Assembly: GCA_002688155.1 (NCBI GenBank)
Contig: NZCH01000046.1
Span: 1 to 46,130, forward strand
DNA from: Phycisphaerae bacterium
GTDB lineage: Bacteria > Planctomycetota > Phycisphaerae > Phycisphaerales > Phycisphaeraceae
DNA: 46,130 bases
Reading direction: 5' to 3'
Notes under the pieces: generated by a model
What the model was told of the DNA's origin: nothing
Seen by the model: the letters and a program-made list of their open reading frames with translations, nothing else
The model's database searches: none
Position numbers and translations under genes: made by a program
Shown here: piece after piece, positions 1 to 8,112 of the stretch
Numbering within the stretch: position 1 is the stretch's first letter
How the letters are laid out: the number at the start of each line of letters is the position of its first letter

Positions 1-255
1 CAGCGTCGTCGGATACGGCAGTGGTGCATCGCCGAAGTCGGACGCAAGCAGCAGGCGCGCCTCAAGAAGTTCGAGCCGGGGCGTGGTCTTAAACGCGGCA
101 GCGCAACGCCGCGCCCGGCGACACCGCAGTTTGCGCCGTGTGCGCCGATACCGGCGTGACAGCAGCGACTGTGATCCGCGGGAATGTTTCATCGTTGTGT
201 TTCTTCTTACAGTCCCAAACGAATAGCTCTTCGTCAGTCCGGAGGTATTTCCGAT

Positions 256-1395
256 TCACGGTTGATTCGATCGCGGCGGGGCAGGATGGCCCTGATCTGG
301 GCGGGGTTGTTTGCCCGGTTGCCCAATGGCGGTCCAATGGTGTGTGTCCTTTCCCTCCGCGAACCACACGTTGTGTTGAATCTCGTCCGTCACAAATCCT
401 AACGCCGCTGGCCGGCTCACACCGCGCAGGGTGACGACCTCGTACAGTTCGTGCACCTTGTTTTCGATGCGAACCCAGTGCGCGATATCGCCGGATTTCA
501 GATTGATCACCTGCAGACCGCAGCGAGCAACGGCGCCTCGCTGCTTCAATTCTGCGTCCAGCGCCAATCCCTGAAAGGTTTGCTCATGCCGCGACAGACT
601 CACCCCCACGACAGCCCAGTCACCAAACATGGCCAGGCCGCGCGGATAGCCGCAGCAGAACGCCACACGCTCAAATCGCCCGTTGTCCGAGTCGATATAC
701 CCGAACCAGCCCGAACCGGCTTCCAGCAGCCATAACCGGTCCTGGTGCCAGCGCGGTGAATGCGGCATCGACAGTCCCTCGGCCAGCACTTCATTAGAAT
801 TCACATCGATTACGCACCCGCCATCGGCGCGGTGGTCCCGCCAGCCGTCGACAACGTCGCTTCGAGCACACAGCGTGACGTAGCGAGGCTGACCATCGCG
901 CATCGCCAGGCCGTTCAAGTGGCAGCGGTCCTCCGCCGCCAGACGCGAGATGAACTGCGGTCTCCAGAGACACTCAAAGTTGAACCGCGGACTGATCGTC
1001 GCCAGGCAACTGAACAGTGTGTTCACAAAGACCGGCCGGCCGGCGTCATCGAGCGCCAGATCATGCATGTCAATGTCCCCGGTGACATGAGCCGTGCGTG
1101 GAACATACGTCCGGTCGTGCGGACCGTCGGCGGGCATGGCTTCGAATCGCCACAACTGCGAACGGGAACTCATCCAAAGTGTTTCACCGTTCGCCGAAGC
1201 ACACAAGCCCATGCACCGCTCAAACGAGCGCTCAAAGACCGCCAATTCATGGCTTTCCTTGCGCCCCAACAGCAGCAGTTTGCCAAGCTGGTACGTCGTA
1301 CATGCCAGGCTGACCCGTTCGGAAGCGAGCCAATCAACCAGATGCCGTGAGCCGATGACTTTGAGCCACGGTTGAGTTGATCCGCTCTGCGACAT
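256..1395 (-). CDS. TIGR03032/DUF4915-family conserved hypothetical protein
   Basis: Track ORF 256..1815. The C-terminal ~380 aa carry motifs I recognise from the TIGR03032 family (CHLNGLA, GLSMPHSPRW, LWLLEAGSG, CCGYPRGLA). The first 140 codons of the track ORF are R/S/T-rich, low-complexity and lower GC, so I placed the start at ATG 1395 (alternative ATG 1440). Confidence 0.7.
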   Translation of the reverse strand: MSQSGSTQPWLKVIGSRHLVDWLASERVSLACTTYQLGKLLLLGRKESHELAVFERSFERCMGLCASANGETLWMSSRSQLWRFEAMPADGPHDRTYVPRTAHVTGDIDMHDLALDDAGRPVFVNTLFSCLATISPRFNFECLWRPQFISRLAAEDRCHLNGLAMRDGQPRYVTLCARSDVVDGWRDHRADGGCVIDVNSNEVLAEGLSMPHSPRWHQDRLWLLEAGSGWFGYIDSDNGRFERVAFCCGYPRGLAMFGDWAVVGVSLSRHEQTFQGLALDAELKQRGAVARCGLQVINLKSGDIAHWVRIENKVHELYEVVTLRGVSRPAALGFVTDEIQHNVWFAEGKDTHHWTAIGQPGKQPRPDQGHPAPPRSNQP

Positions 1396-1913
1396 CACAG
1401 GACCGGCTGCGTTCGTGCTGCGATCGGATGGGCTGGGCATAACGTCGTCTCTACAGTCCGTTCGCATGAGGAATCGCTTGCATATGACGAACTTGGATTT
1501 GTTCGTTCGTACGACTGGCGCGTGTGTTGAAGGCACCTCGATGACATTGAGCCATCGACCGGTACCGCCGGTATGCGATCCACCACGACGCACTACCGTT
1601 CCCGACACCGTCATGATCAGCACGGAAATAAGCGGATGAACGGCAGCATCAGTGTACCCCAGCACGGTCATCGAAGGCGACAAGCGCGTGCGTTGTGACG
1701 GCGTTTGGCTGAGAATCGCCTCTGGCGGCTTCCGGGTTAAGCGGTGGCCGTGGGACCGCACCAGGTCGTGCCGTCCGCCACAGGCGATTGAAGCAAAATC
1801 AAGCTCGCTCGTCACTTGTCGGTGATGCTTGTGAACACCAAACCGGGCCAGTCGTACAGCGCACGTTGTTGCTGTTTGTCGTAACCACGTGCGTTCACAG
1901 GCCTTTGAGATTG

Positions 1914-1945
1914 ATCTGTCAGGGGTTCGAGTCCCTTACCTCCAC
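1914..1945 (+). ncRNA. orphan tmRNA/tRNA-like 3' fragment (T-arm plus Ala-type acceptor 3' strand); not an intact RNA gene
   Basis: The sequence atctgtc-AGGGG-TTCGAGT-CCCTT-ACCTCCA-C reads as a canonical T-stem and GTTCGAGTCC T-loop, followed by an acceptor strand ending UCCA. That gives U at position 70 and A73, as in tRNA-Ala and tmRNA. No complementary 5' acceptor strand (GGGGGTA or TGGAGGT) occurs anywhere in 1396-1915. Confidence 0.45.
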
Positions 1946-1954
1946 TTGATTCAA

Positions 1955-1985
1955 AGCCCTGCCTCGTTGGAGGCCAGGGCTTTTT
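1955..1985 (+). terminator. rho-independent terminator (weaker on the minus strand)
   Basis: The hairpin AGCCCTGCCTC-gttg-GAGG(C)CAGGGCT has 11 bp with one bulge and is followed by TTTTT. It lies between the RNA fragment (+) and the convergent topoisomerase B gene (-), where only TTT follows the stem. Confidence 0.8.
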
Positions 1986-2030
1986 AATTGAAGGCGTTGA
2001 GGAGACGCGTTCACGATCACTGTAATTGAA

Positions 2031-3932
2031 TCACAGATCCAGCGCCTCCGCCTCGTCGGCGCGTTCCATGATGAAGTGAAACCTTGGCTGCGGGTCTTTG
2101 CCCATGAGGTCGGAGATGACGCGTTCTGTTTCGAGCGCGTCGGTGATTGAGACTTGTTGCAGCGTGCGCGTTTTGGGGTTGAGCGTGGTGTCCCAGAGTG
2201 TTTTGGGCATCATTTCACCCAGGCCTTTGAAGCGTGTGATTTCGGGTTTTCCATGGTCCTTGTGTTTTTTGATGATGCGGTCACGGTCAACGTCGGTTTG
2301 CGCCCAGTGTGTTTCCTTGCCAATGTTGACGCGGTAGAGCGGCGGGCGCGCAAGGTAGACGTGGCCGGCATGGATGAGTTCCGTCAGGTGGCGGTACACG
2401 AACGTGAGCATCAGCGTGACGATGTGGTGGCCGTCGGAGTCTGCGTCGGCGAGCAGGACGAGTTTGCCATAGCGCAGTTTGGACAGGTCCATCCCTTTGC
2501 CCACGCCGGTACCCAGCGCGGTGACGAGGTCGGCCAGTTCCTTGTTTTCAAGCACTTTTTTCAGCGACGCCTGCTCGGTGTTGAGCACCTTGCCGCGCAG
2601 CGGCAGGATTGCCTGGAAAGTGCGGTTGCGTCCCTGTTTGGCGCTACCGCCTGCGGAATCGCCTTCGACGATGAACAGTTCGCACTCGGCGGGTTTGTTG
2701 CTCGTGCAGTCTGAGAGTTTGCCCGGCGGGTTGGCGCGGGTGGTGGCGCTCTTTCGCGTGACCTGGACGGTCGCGGCGCGTGACGCCTCACGCGCCTTGG
2801 CGGCGAGAATGATGCGCGCAACGATCGCCTCGGCGGCGGTACGGTTTTCATTGAGCCACAGTTCGAGGCCCTGACGCACAGCCGTGTCAATCTGCCCCGC
2901 GATTTCCGGGTTGTTGAGCCGGTCCTTGGTCTGGCCCTGAAACTGCGGGTCAGTGATGAACACGGACAGCACAGCGACGAGCCCTTCGCGGATGTCCTCG
3001 TGTTGCAGTTTGGGCCCGCGTGGCCAGAGCTTGTGTGTTTCGATGTAGTTGCGCACGGCTTTGCCGAGTCCGGCGCGAAATCCGTTTTCGTGTGCGCCGC
3101 CCGATCCGGTGGGGATGCCGTTAACGTAGCTGCGCAGATGCTCATCGGTGGCCTCGGTCCAGCGCATGACGACTTCCAGCCGGCCACCGTTGTCGCGTTC
3201 GAGTGTGAACGGCTGTTCGGTGACCGGCCTTGCGTTTCGGTCGGCGGTGATCTTCGCCAGGTAATCGGCCACGCCGTTGACATGCGCGAATGTCTCTTTG
3301 CGCTTGCTCACATGATCGTCGAACGTGATGCGCAGGCCCTTGTGCAGATAGCTGGTGACTTCGAGTCGTTCGCAAATGATGTCGGGATTGAACTCGGTCT
3401 TTGGGAAGATGGTCGGGTCGGGGTGAAAGTAAATGGTGGTACCGGTACCGCGCGCGGCGCCGACTTTTTTCAGCGCGGCGGCAGGTTTGCCGCGGCGAAA
3501 CTTCTGCTGATACTTGGCGCCGCCCTTTTTGATGGTGGCGACCAGTTCCTTCGACAGCGCATTGACGACGCTGGCGCCCACACCGTGCAGGCCGCCGGCC
3601 GTCTTGTAGTTCTGGCCTTCGAATTTCCCGCCCGAGTGCAGCGTCGTCAGGATGATTTCAAGCGCCGGCTTCTTCAGCTTCGGATGACGGTCGATCGGAA
3701 TGCCGCGCCCGTTGTCGCTGATCGTCACGCTCGCGCCGTCGGCGTGCAGTGTCACGTGCACCTCACTCGCGTAGCCGTTCATCGCTTCATCGACGCTGTT
3801 GTCCAGCACCTCCCAAACCAGATGATGCAACCCCGCACCGCCGACCCCACCGATGTACATGCCCGGCCGCTTGCGCACGGGCTCGAGACCTTCAAGAACG
3901 GTGATGTCTTTGGCGGTGTAAGTGGTGGCCAT
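2031..3932 (-). CDS. type IIA DNA topoisomerase subunit B (GyrB/ParE family, short 633-aa form)
   Basis: The N-terminus reads ITVLEGLEPVRKRPGMYIGG, followed by the GHKL ATPase motif (EVLDNSVDEA, DNGRGIP), Toprim EGDSAGG and PLRGKVLN. Its length and lack of a large insert resemble ParE or short GyrB. Confidence 0.92.
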   Translation of the reverse strand: MATTYTAKDITVLEGLEPVRKRPGMYIGGVGGAGLHHLVWEVLDNSVDEAMNGYASEVHVTLHADGASVTISDNGRGIPIDRHPKLKKPALEIILTTLHSGGKFEGQNYKTAGGLHGVGASVVNALSKELVATIKKGGAKYQQKFRRGKPAAALKKVGAARGTGTTIYFHPDPTIFPKTEFNPDIICERLEVTSYLHKGLRITFDDHVSKRKETFAHVNGVADYLAKITADRNARPVTEQPFTLERDNGGRLEVVMRWTEATDEHLRSYVNGIPTGSGGAHENGFRAGLGKAVRNYIETHKLWPRGPKLQHEDIREGLVAVLSVFITDPQFQGQTKDRLNNPEIAGQIDTAVRQGLELWLNENRTAAEAIVARIILAAKAREASRAATVQVTRKSATTRANPPGKLSDCTSNKPAECELFIVEGDSAGGSAKQGRNRTFQAILPLRGKVLNTEQASLKKVLENKELADLVTALGTGVGKGMDLSKLRYGKLVLLADADSDGHHIVTLMLTFVYRHLTELIHAGHVYLARPPLYRVNIGKETHWAQTDVDRDRIIKKHKDHGKPEITRFKGLGEMMPKTLWDTTLNPKTRTLQQVSITDALETERVISDLMGKDPQPRFHFIMERADEAEALDL

Positions 3933-4315
3933 TAGTTCGGATTTCGGTCATGCCAGCGCGGCAGCTTGATTGCTTCGCTGTCACGCCATGCGGTAAGCAT
4001 GAGGTCAGCCGTCAACTGTACGCACGCCCGGGCGCGGTCGTTGGCGAATTCGATCAGCTCATGGTCGGGATTTTTAACACGGCCGGCGGCCAGATTGGGT
4101 TCGAATCTGTACACGCCGTCGATGCGGGCGTGGGTGCCGTGGACGCGTTTGACGACGGCGGCGGGCGCCATCTTTACGTGCGCAGTGGGCCACCACGCGT
4201 GCGCAAGCGGTGTGCCAGGCGCGCAAAACATCAACCCTAACACGCACACGAGGCCGGGAGACTTAAGTCCCACGGCCTGGAACATCCTGATCATTGGGTC
4301 GTTCCAATTCACCAT
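3932..4315 (-). CDS. small hypothetical protein (127 aa) with an N-proximal hydrophobic segment, wedged between the topoisomerase A and B genes
   Basis: This ORF fills the A-B gap exactly. Its GTG/ATG (4318/4315) overlaps the TGA of the A subunit, and its TAA (3932-3934) shares base 3932 with the ATG of the B subunit (3930-3932). The segment GLVCVLGLMFCAPGTPLAHA looks like a signal peptide. I recognise no homology. Confidence 0.4.
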   Translation of the reverse strand: MVNWNDPMIRMFQAVGLKSPGLVCVLGLMFCAPGTPLAHAWWPTAHVKMAPAAVVKRVHGTHARIDGVYRFEPNLAAGRVKNPDHELIEFANDRARACVQLTADLMLTAWRDSEAIKLPRWHDRNPN

Positions 4316-6822
4316 CACTGCTCCCCCAACATCGCGGACACGCTCGCTTCTTCGTGTACAACTTCGATGAGCGAGCCTTTTTTGATGACTTCGCGGCCTT
4401 TGCCGCCACGGCCGGTGACTTCGTAACGCGCGGTGTTGATCCGCTGCTCACCACCCATGCTGGTCTTGACGGTCAGCGTGTCACGGTCGTCCGTAGCGAC
4501 GGTGAAGCCGATGAGCCGATCGTCTCTGGCGAGTTTGATCAGCATGACGCCCTTACCGGGCCCGGAGAGGTAATTGACCTCCTCGACGGGGCAGACCATG
4601 ACGCGCCTTTGCGTGCTGGCGGCAAGGGCAGTCTCGTCGCCGTGAATCATTTTGATGGCGACGATCTCGGCAGTTTTCGCGGGTCGGGCGAAGCGCCGGC
4701 CGGTGCGTGTGCTCGGTTCGATGAACGCCTCAAGCCCGAACCGCAAACTGTACCCGTCGCTGGACACGGCGATCGCGTGCGTCGCGGGTGCGTACTCGGG
4801 TTTTTTGGGATCTTCCTTCACGTCGCCAATCGTGCGCGCGTCGAGTGCGTACGCGGCAACGATGCGCTCGCCGTCCTTGAGTCGAAACAGTTTCTGCACC
4901 GGCTGCCCGTGGCCGGTCGTCGCGGGTATGTCGGCGATGCGGCACGTGTACGCCACGCCCAGGCTGGAAAGGAACACGACCGTGGCGCGCGTCGAGCCGG
5001 CCTGTGCCGTCAGCACGGAATCGCCCTCGCGCAATCGCGTCGTCGACAGATCCCGTACTTCCTTTTGCCGTTTGACCCAGCCGTCGCGCGTCACGATCAC
5101 GACGTTGTCCTCGGCAATGATCAGCTCCTCCTCAGAGAACTCAGGTTCCTTTTCGACGGTGGCGACCACGGTGCGACGTTTGTCGTTCTTGCCGTACTTG
5201 TCGCGAATCTCCTTGATTTCATCGCGGACAATGCGCCATCGCGCTTCTTCGTTCTTGAGCAGGCGTTCGATCTCGCGGGCGCGTTTGCGTTTCTCGGCCA
5301 GTTCCTTGCGGATGGCGAGGATTTCCAGCTTCGCCAGGCGGTACAGTTTCAGTTCTAGGATCGCGTCGGTCTGCCCGGCATCGATTTTGAACCGCGCGAT
5401 TATTTTCTTCGCAGCGTCGGCCTTGCCATCAGAGCCGCGGATGATCTTGATCACCTGGTCGAGCGCATCAAAGATGACCTCGAAGCCCTTGAGCAGGTGA
5501 ATGCGTTGCTTGCGTTGCTCGAGTTCGTTTTCGAGCCGGCGGGTGACTACCTGGAGACGAAACAGCAGGAAGTGATTCAGTATTTCGCGCAGGTCGCATC
5601 GTTGCGGCCGGCCGGCTTCGGGATTCCGCGTCGGCACAAGGCAGGTTAAATTGACATTGAAGTTCGTCGCCAGCGACGTGTGGCGGTACAGGTACGCCAG
5701 TACTTTGTCCTCGTCGGCGTCCTTGCGAATGAGCAGTTCGACGCGCACGTCGTCGGTGGACACGTCGCGGACGTCCAGCAGCAGTGGCAGTTTTTGCGCG
5801 ATGACGATTTCACCGATCTGCGCGACGAGTACCGCTTTGTTCACACCGTAGGGCACGCTGGTGATGATCAGGGTCTTTCCGCCGCGCGTGGCGGGGCCTT
5901 TACGTGTGGTGGCGCGCATGCGAACGGCGCCCGAGCCGGACTTGTAAATGTCACGCAGTTCGGCCGGTGAGTTGAGCACCTGCCCGCCGGTAGGAAAGTC
6001 CGGGCCCTGAATGCCGCTTTTGCCCAGTAACTGATACGTCTGGAGTTCCGGATTCTCGACGAGTTTGAGAAGGGCATTGCAGACTTCGAACAGGCTGTGT
6101 GGCGGAATGTTCGTCGCCATGCCCACGGCAATGCCGGTCCCGCCGTTGACGATCAGGTTCGGCAGGCGTGCGGGCAACACGACGGGTTCGTTTTTAGTGC
6201 CGTCGTAGGTGGGTCGAAAGTCGATGGTGCGCTGTCCGATCTCGGCGAGCATCTCGTTGGCGGACGGCGCGAGGCGACATTCGGTGTAACGCATCGCAGC
6301 GGGCGCGTCTCCATCGAGCGAGCCGAAGTTGCCGCTGCCGTCAACGAGCGGGATGCGCAACGAAAACGGTTGGGCCATCCGGACCAGCGCGTCGTAAATC
6401 GCGGTGTCGCCGTGAGGGTGATAACTGCCCATCACGTCGCCGACGACCTTGGCGCATTTGCGGTGTTTGGCGTCGGAGCGCACACCCTGTTGCCACATGG
6501 AGAACAGGATTCGTCGGTGCACGGGTTTGAGCCCGTCACGCACGTCCGGAATGGCGCGGCTGGTGATGACGGACAGGGCGTAATTCAGGTACCGCGCCCG
6601 CGCCGCTTCATGCAGCGCAACGACGGTGCCGTCGCCGTTGCCCACAGGCGTATCGTCAAAGAGTGTTCCACCGCCGTCCCTGCTCCCGCCCGCGGAAACA
6701 CCGCCTCCAGCACTACCGGCTGAACCCTTCATTGGGCCGCGTCCGCCGGCGGAACCACCCCGCAGCGGCGTCTTGGTGCGCGAGCCTTTCGACCGCGATG
6801 TGCTGTGTTTACGTTTGGCCAA
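4315..6822 (-). CDS. type IIA DNA topoisomerase subunit A (GyrA/ParC family) with a ~70-aa basic Gly/Ser-rich N-terminal extension
   Basis: Conserved motifs include YLNYALSVITSRAIPDVRDGLKPVHRRILF, HPHGD and AAMRYTE (catalytic Tyr region). The start is TTG at 6822, preceded by GGGAGG 10 nt upstream. There is no GyrA box at the start of the C-terminal domain. Confidence 0.92.
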   Translation of the reverse strand: MAKRKHSTSRSKGSRTKTPLRGGSAGGRGPMKGSAGSAGGGVSAGGSRDGGGTLFDDTPVGNGDGTVVALHEAARARYLNYALSVITSRAIPDVRDGLKPVHRRILFSMWQQGVRSDAKHRKCAKVVGDVMGSYHPHGDTAIYDALVRMAQPFSLRIPLVDGSGNFGSLDGDAPAAMRYTECRLAPSANEMLAEIGQRTIDFRPTYDGTKNEPVVLPARLPNLIVNGGTGIAVGMATNIPPHSLFEVCNALLKLVENPELQTYQLLGKSGIQGPDFPTGGQVLNSPAELRDIYKSGSGAVRMRATTRKGPATRGGKTLIITSVPYGVNKAVLVAQIGEIVIAQKLPLLLDVRDVSTDDVRVELLIRKDADEDKVLAYLYRHTSLATNFNVNLTCLVPTRNPEAGRPQRCDLREILNHFLLFRLQVVTRRLENELEQRKQRIHLLKGFEVIFDALDQVIKIIRGSDGKADAAKKIIARFKIDAGQTDAILELKLYRLAKLEILAIRKELAEKRKRAREIERLLKNEEARWRIVRDEIKEIRDKYGKNDKRRTVVATVEKEPEFSEEELIIAEDNVVIVTRDGWVKRQKEVRDLSTTRLREGDSVLTAQAGSTRATVVFLSSLGVAYTCRIADIPATTGHGQPVQKLFRLKDGERIVAAYALDARTIGDVKEDPKKPEYAPATHAIAVSSDGYSLRFGLEAFIEPSTRTGRRFARPAKTAEIVAIKMIHGDETALAASTQRRVMVCPVEEVNYLSGPGKGVMLIKLARDDRLIGFTVATDDRDTLTVKTSMGGEQRINTARYEVTGRGGKGREVIKKGSLIEVVHEEASVSAMLGEQ

Positions 6823-6938
6823 AAAAGACGCCCTCCCTGGCGACTGCGGATGTTACACAATAGTACGGCAATATCGATCGTACAAGACACACGGGCAATC
6901 GATGGTTGACTTTCACGGGCATCAGGTTGCCACGCGGG

Positions 6939-6944
6939 TATGCT
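6939..6944 (+). promoter_or_regulatory. -10-like hexamer TATGCT 6 nt before the ruvC ATG (leaderless candidate)
   Basis: TATGCT-gtgttc-ATG. There is no purine-rich SD in the spacer. Confidence 0.4.
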
Positions 6945-6950
6945 GTGTTC

Positions 6951-7445
6951 ATGCAACGGATTGTCGGGATCGATCCCGGGCTGCGGGTGACGGGGTGGGC
7001 AGTGGTGTCACTGGCGGATGGGACGATCGAACCGCAACTGGTCGAGGCGGGCGTGTTCAGGCTCGATGCCGGCCAGCCGATCGAGCACCGGCTTGAGCAG
7101 TTGTTTGATGATCTTGAAGCGCTGATCGATCAACACGAACCGGCCATCATGGTCGTCGAAAAGCTGTACGCGCATTACCGTCACCCGCGCACAGCCATTT
7201 TGATGGCGCACGCGCGCGGCGTCATACTCCTCGCGGCACAGCGCAAGGACGTTGCGGTCGAGCACATCCCGTCGACGGCGGTGAAAAAGGCGCTGACCGG
7301 CCACGGGCATGCATCGAAGGAGCAGATGCAACATGCGGTCGCGAGCCAGTGCGGCCTTCGCGAGCCGCCGAGCCCGCCCGACGTCGCTGATGCGATCGCA
7401 ATCGCACTGACACACGGTCGCCGCGTCGCGGTCGATCGGTTATGA
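6951..7445 (+). CDS. ruvC: crossover junction endodeoxyribonuclease RuvC
   Basis: MQRIVGIDPGLRVTGWAVV is the typical RuvC N-terminus, and the 164-aa length fits. The 15 upstream codons of the track ORF were discarded. Confidence 0.9.
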   Translation: MQRIVGIDPGLRVTGWAVVSLADGTIEPQLVEAGVFRLDAGQPIEHRLEQLFDDLEALIDQHEPAIMVVEKLYAHYRHPRTAILMAHARGVILLAAQRKDVAVEHIPSTAVKKALTGHGHASKEQMQHAVASQCGLREPPSPPDVADAIAIALTHGRRVAVDRL

Positions 7446-7961
7446 CGCGCTGCCGTTGAGCACCTTCAGCATTGCCTTACAAAACTCGGGCAGGTCGTCC
7501 GGTCGGCGGCTGGATACGTGGTGGCGATCGACCACGACGGGCTGGTCCGACCATTGGGCGCCGGCGTTGACGAGGTCGTCTTTGATCCCGGGCGTGCTGG
7601 TGTAGTGATAACCGTTAACCACGCCGGCGGAGATGTCAATCCACGGGCCGTGGCAGATCGACGCGATGAGTTTGCCAGTAGACTCAAAGTCGCGCACGAG
7701 TTGTTTGACCTTGTCGAATCGGCGCAACTTGTCGGGCAACCAGCCCCCGGGGATGACCACGCCCTCAAAGTCCGCGGCCTCCATGTCGTCGATTGCCGCG
7801 TCGCTGGTGCACGGATACCCATTCTTGCCATGGTAGACCGTGTCCGCGACCAGCCCGGCCGTGGTGACGCCCATGCCCGCCTCGATCAAACGCAGGCGCG
7901 GGTACAGCAGTTCGAGATCCTCGTAGTCGGGGCCGATGAAGATGAGGATGTGTTTCAACAT
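7440..7961 (-). CDS. DJ-1/PfpI family protein
   Basis: Motifs include ILIFIGPDYEDLELLYP, VVIPGG and the nucleophile elbow ASICHGP. The start is at ATG 7961, with GGAGA 5 nt upstream. Its 3' end overlaps the ruvC 3' end by 6 nt (convergent). Confidence 0.85.
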   Translation of the reverse strand: MLKHILIFIGPDYEDLELLYPRLRLIEAGMGVTTAGLVADTVYHGKNGYPCTSDAAIDDMEAADFEGVVIPGGWLPDKLRRFDKVKQLVRDFESTGKLIASICHGPWIDISAGVVNGYHYTSTPGIKDDLVNAGAQWSDQPVVVDRHHVSSRRPDDLPEFCKAMLKVLNGSAS

Positions 7962-7997
7962 GATGCTCTCCATGGCCGGTGCGGCCGGTTTTGAAGC

Positions 7998-8040
7998 GAA
8001 GAACGCGAAAAATACATACTGAGCCTTCTTCGCGTTCTTC
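7998..8040. repeat. 12-bp perfect inverted repeat (GAAGAACGCGAA / TTCGCGTTCTTC) with a 19-nt spacer
   Basis: Read directly from the sequence. It lies in the gap between the RNase HII-like gene end and the PfpI start. A second 7-bp inverted repeat, GCCGTAC..GTACGGC, sits at 8066-8100. Confidence 0.5.
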
Positions 8041-8112
8041 ACGATCTTTTGTTCGAGGATTCGTCGCCGTACGCATGGAACCATGTAATTCGCAGTACGG
8101 CGCAACAGGAAT

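Noticed and set aside
1-159. A possible 3' end of a plus-strand CDS entering from the left (..IAEVGRKQQARLKKFEPGRGLKRGSATPRPATPQFAPCAPIPA, TGA at 157-159).
   Set aside because: Only 52 codons are visible, there is no recognisable motif, and the antisense strand is also open (89..367). I cannot support it as a feature.
1396-1815. N-terminal 140 codons of the 519-aa track ORF (256..1815).
   Set aside because: The stretch is R/S/T-rich with non-protein-like composition and lower GC. The TIGR03032-like similarity begins only after Met141, so I treat it as non-coding.
1857-1945. An intact tRNA ending in the T-arm at 1921-1945.
   Set aside because: No 5' acceptor strand complementary to ACCTCCA exists within 90 nt. 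The would-be anticodon stem (AGGCC/TTGAT) does not pair. Only the 3' fragment is supportable.
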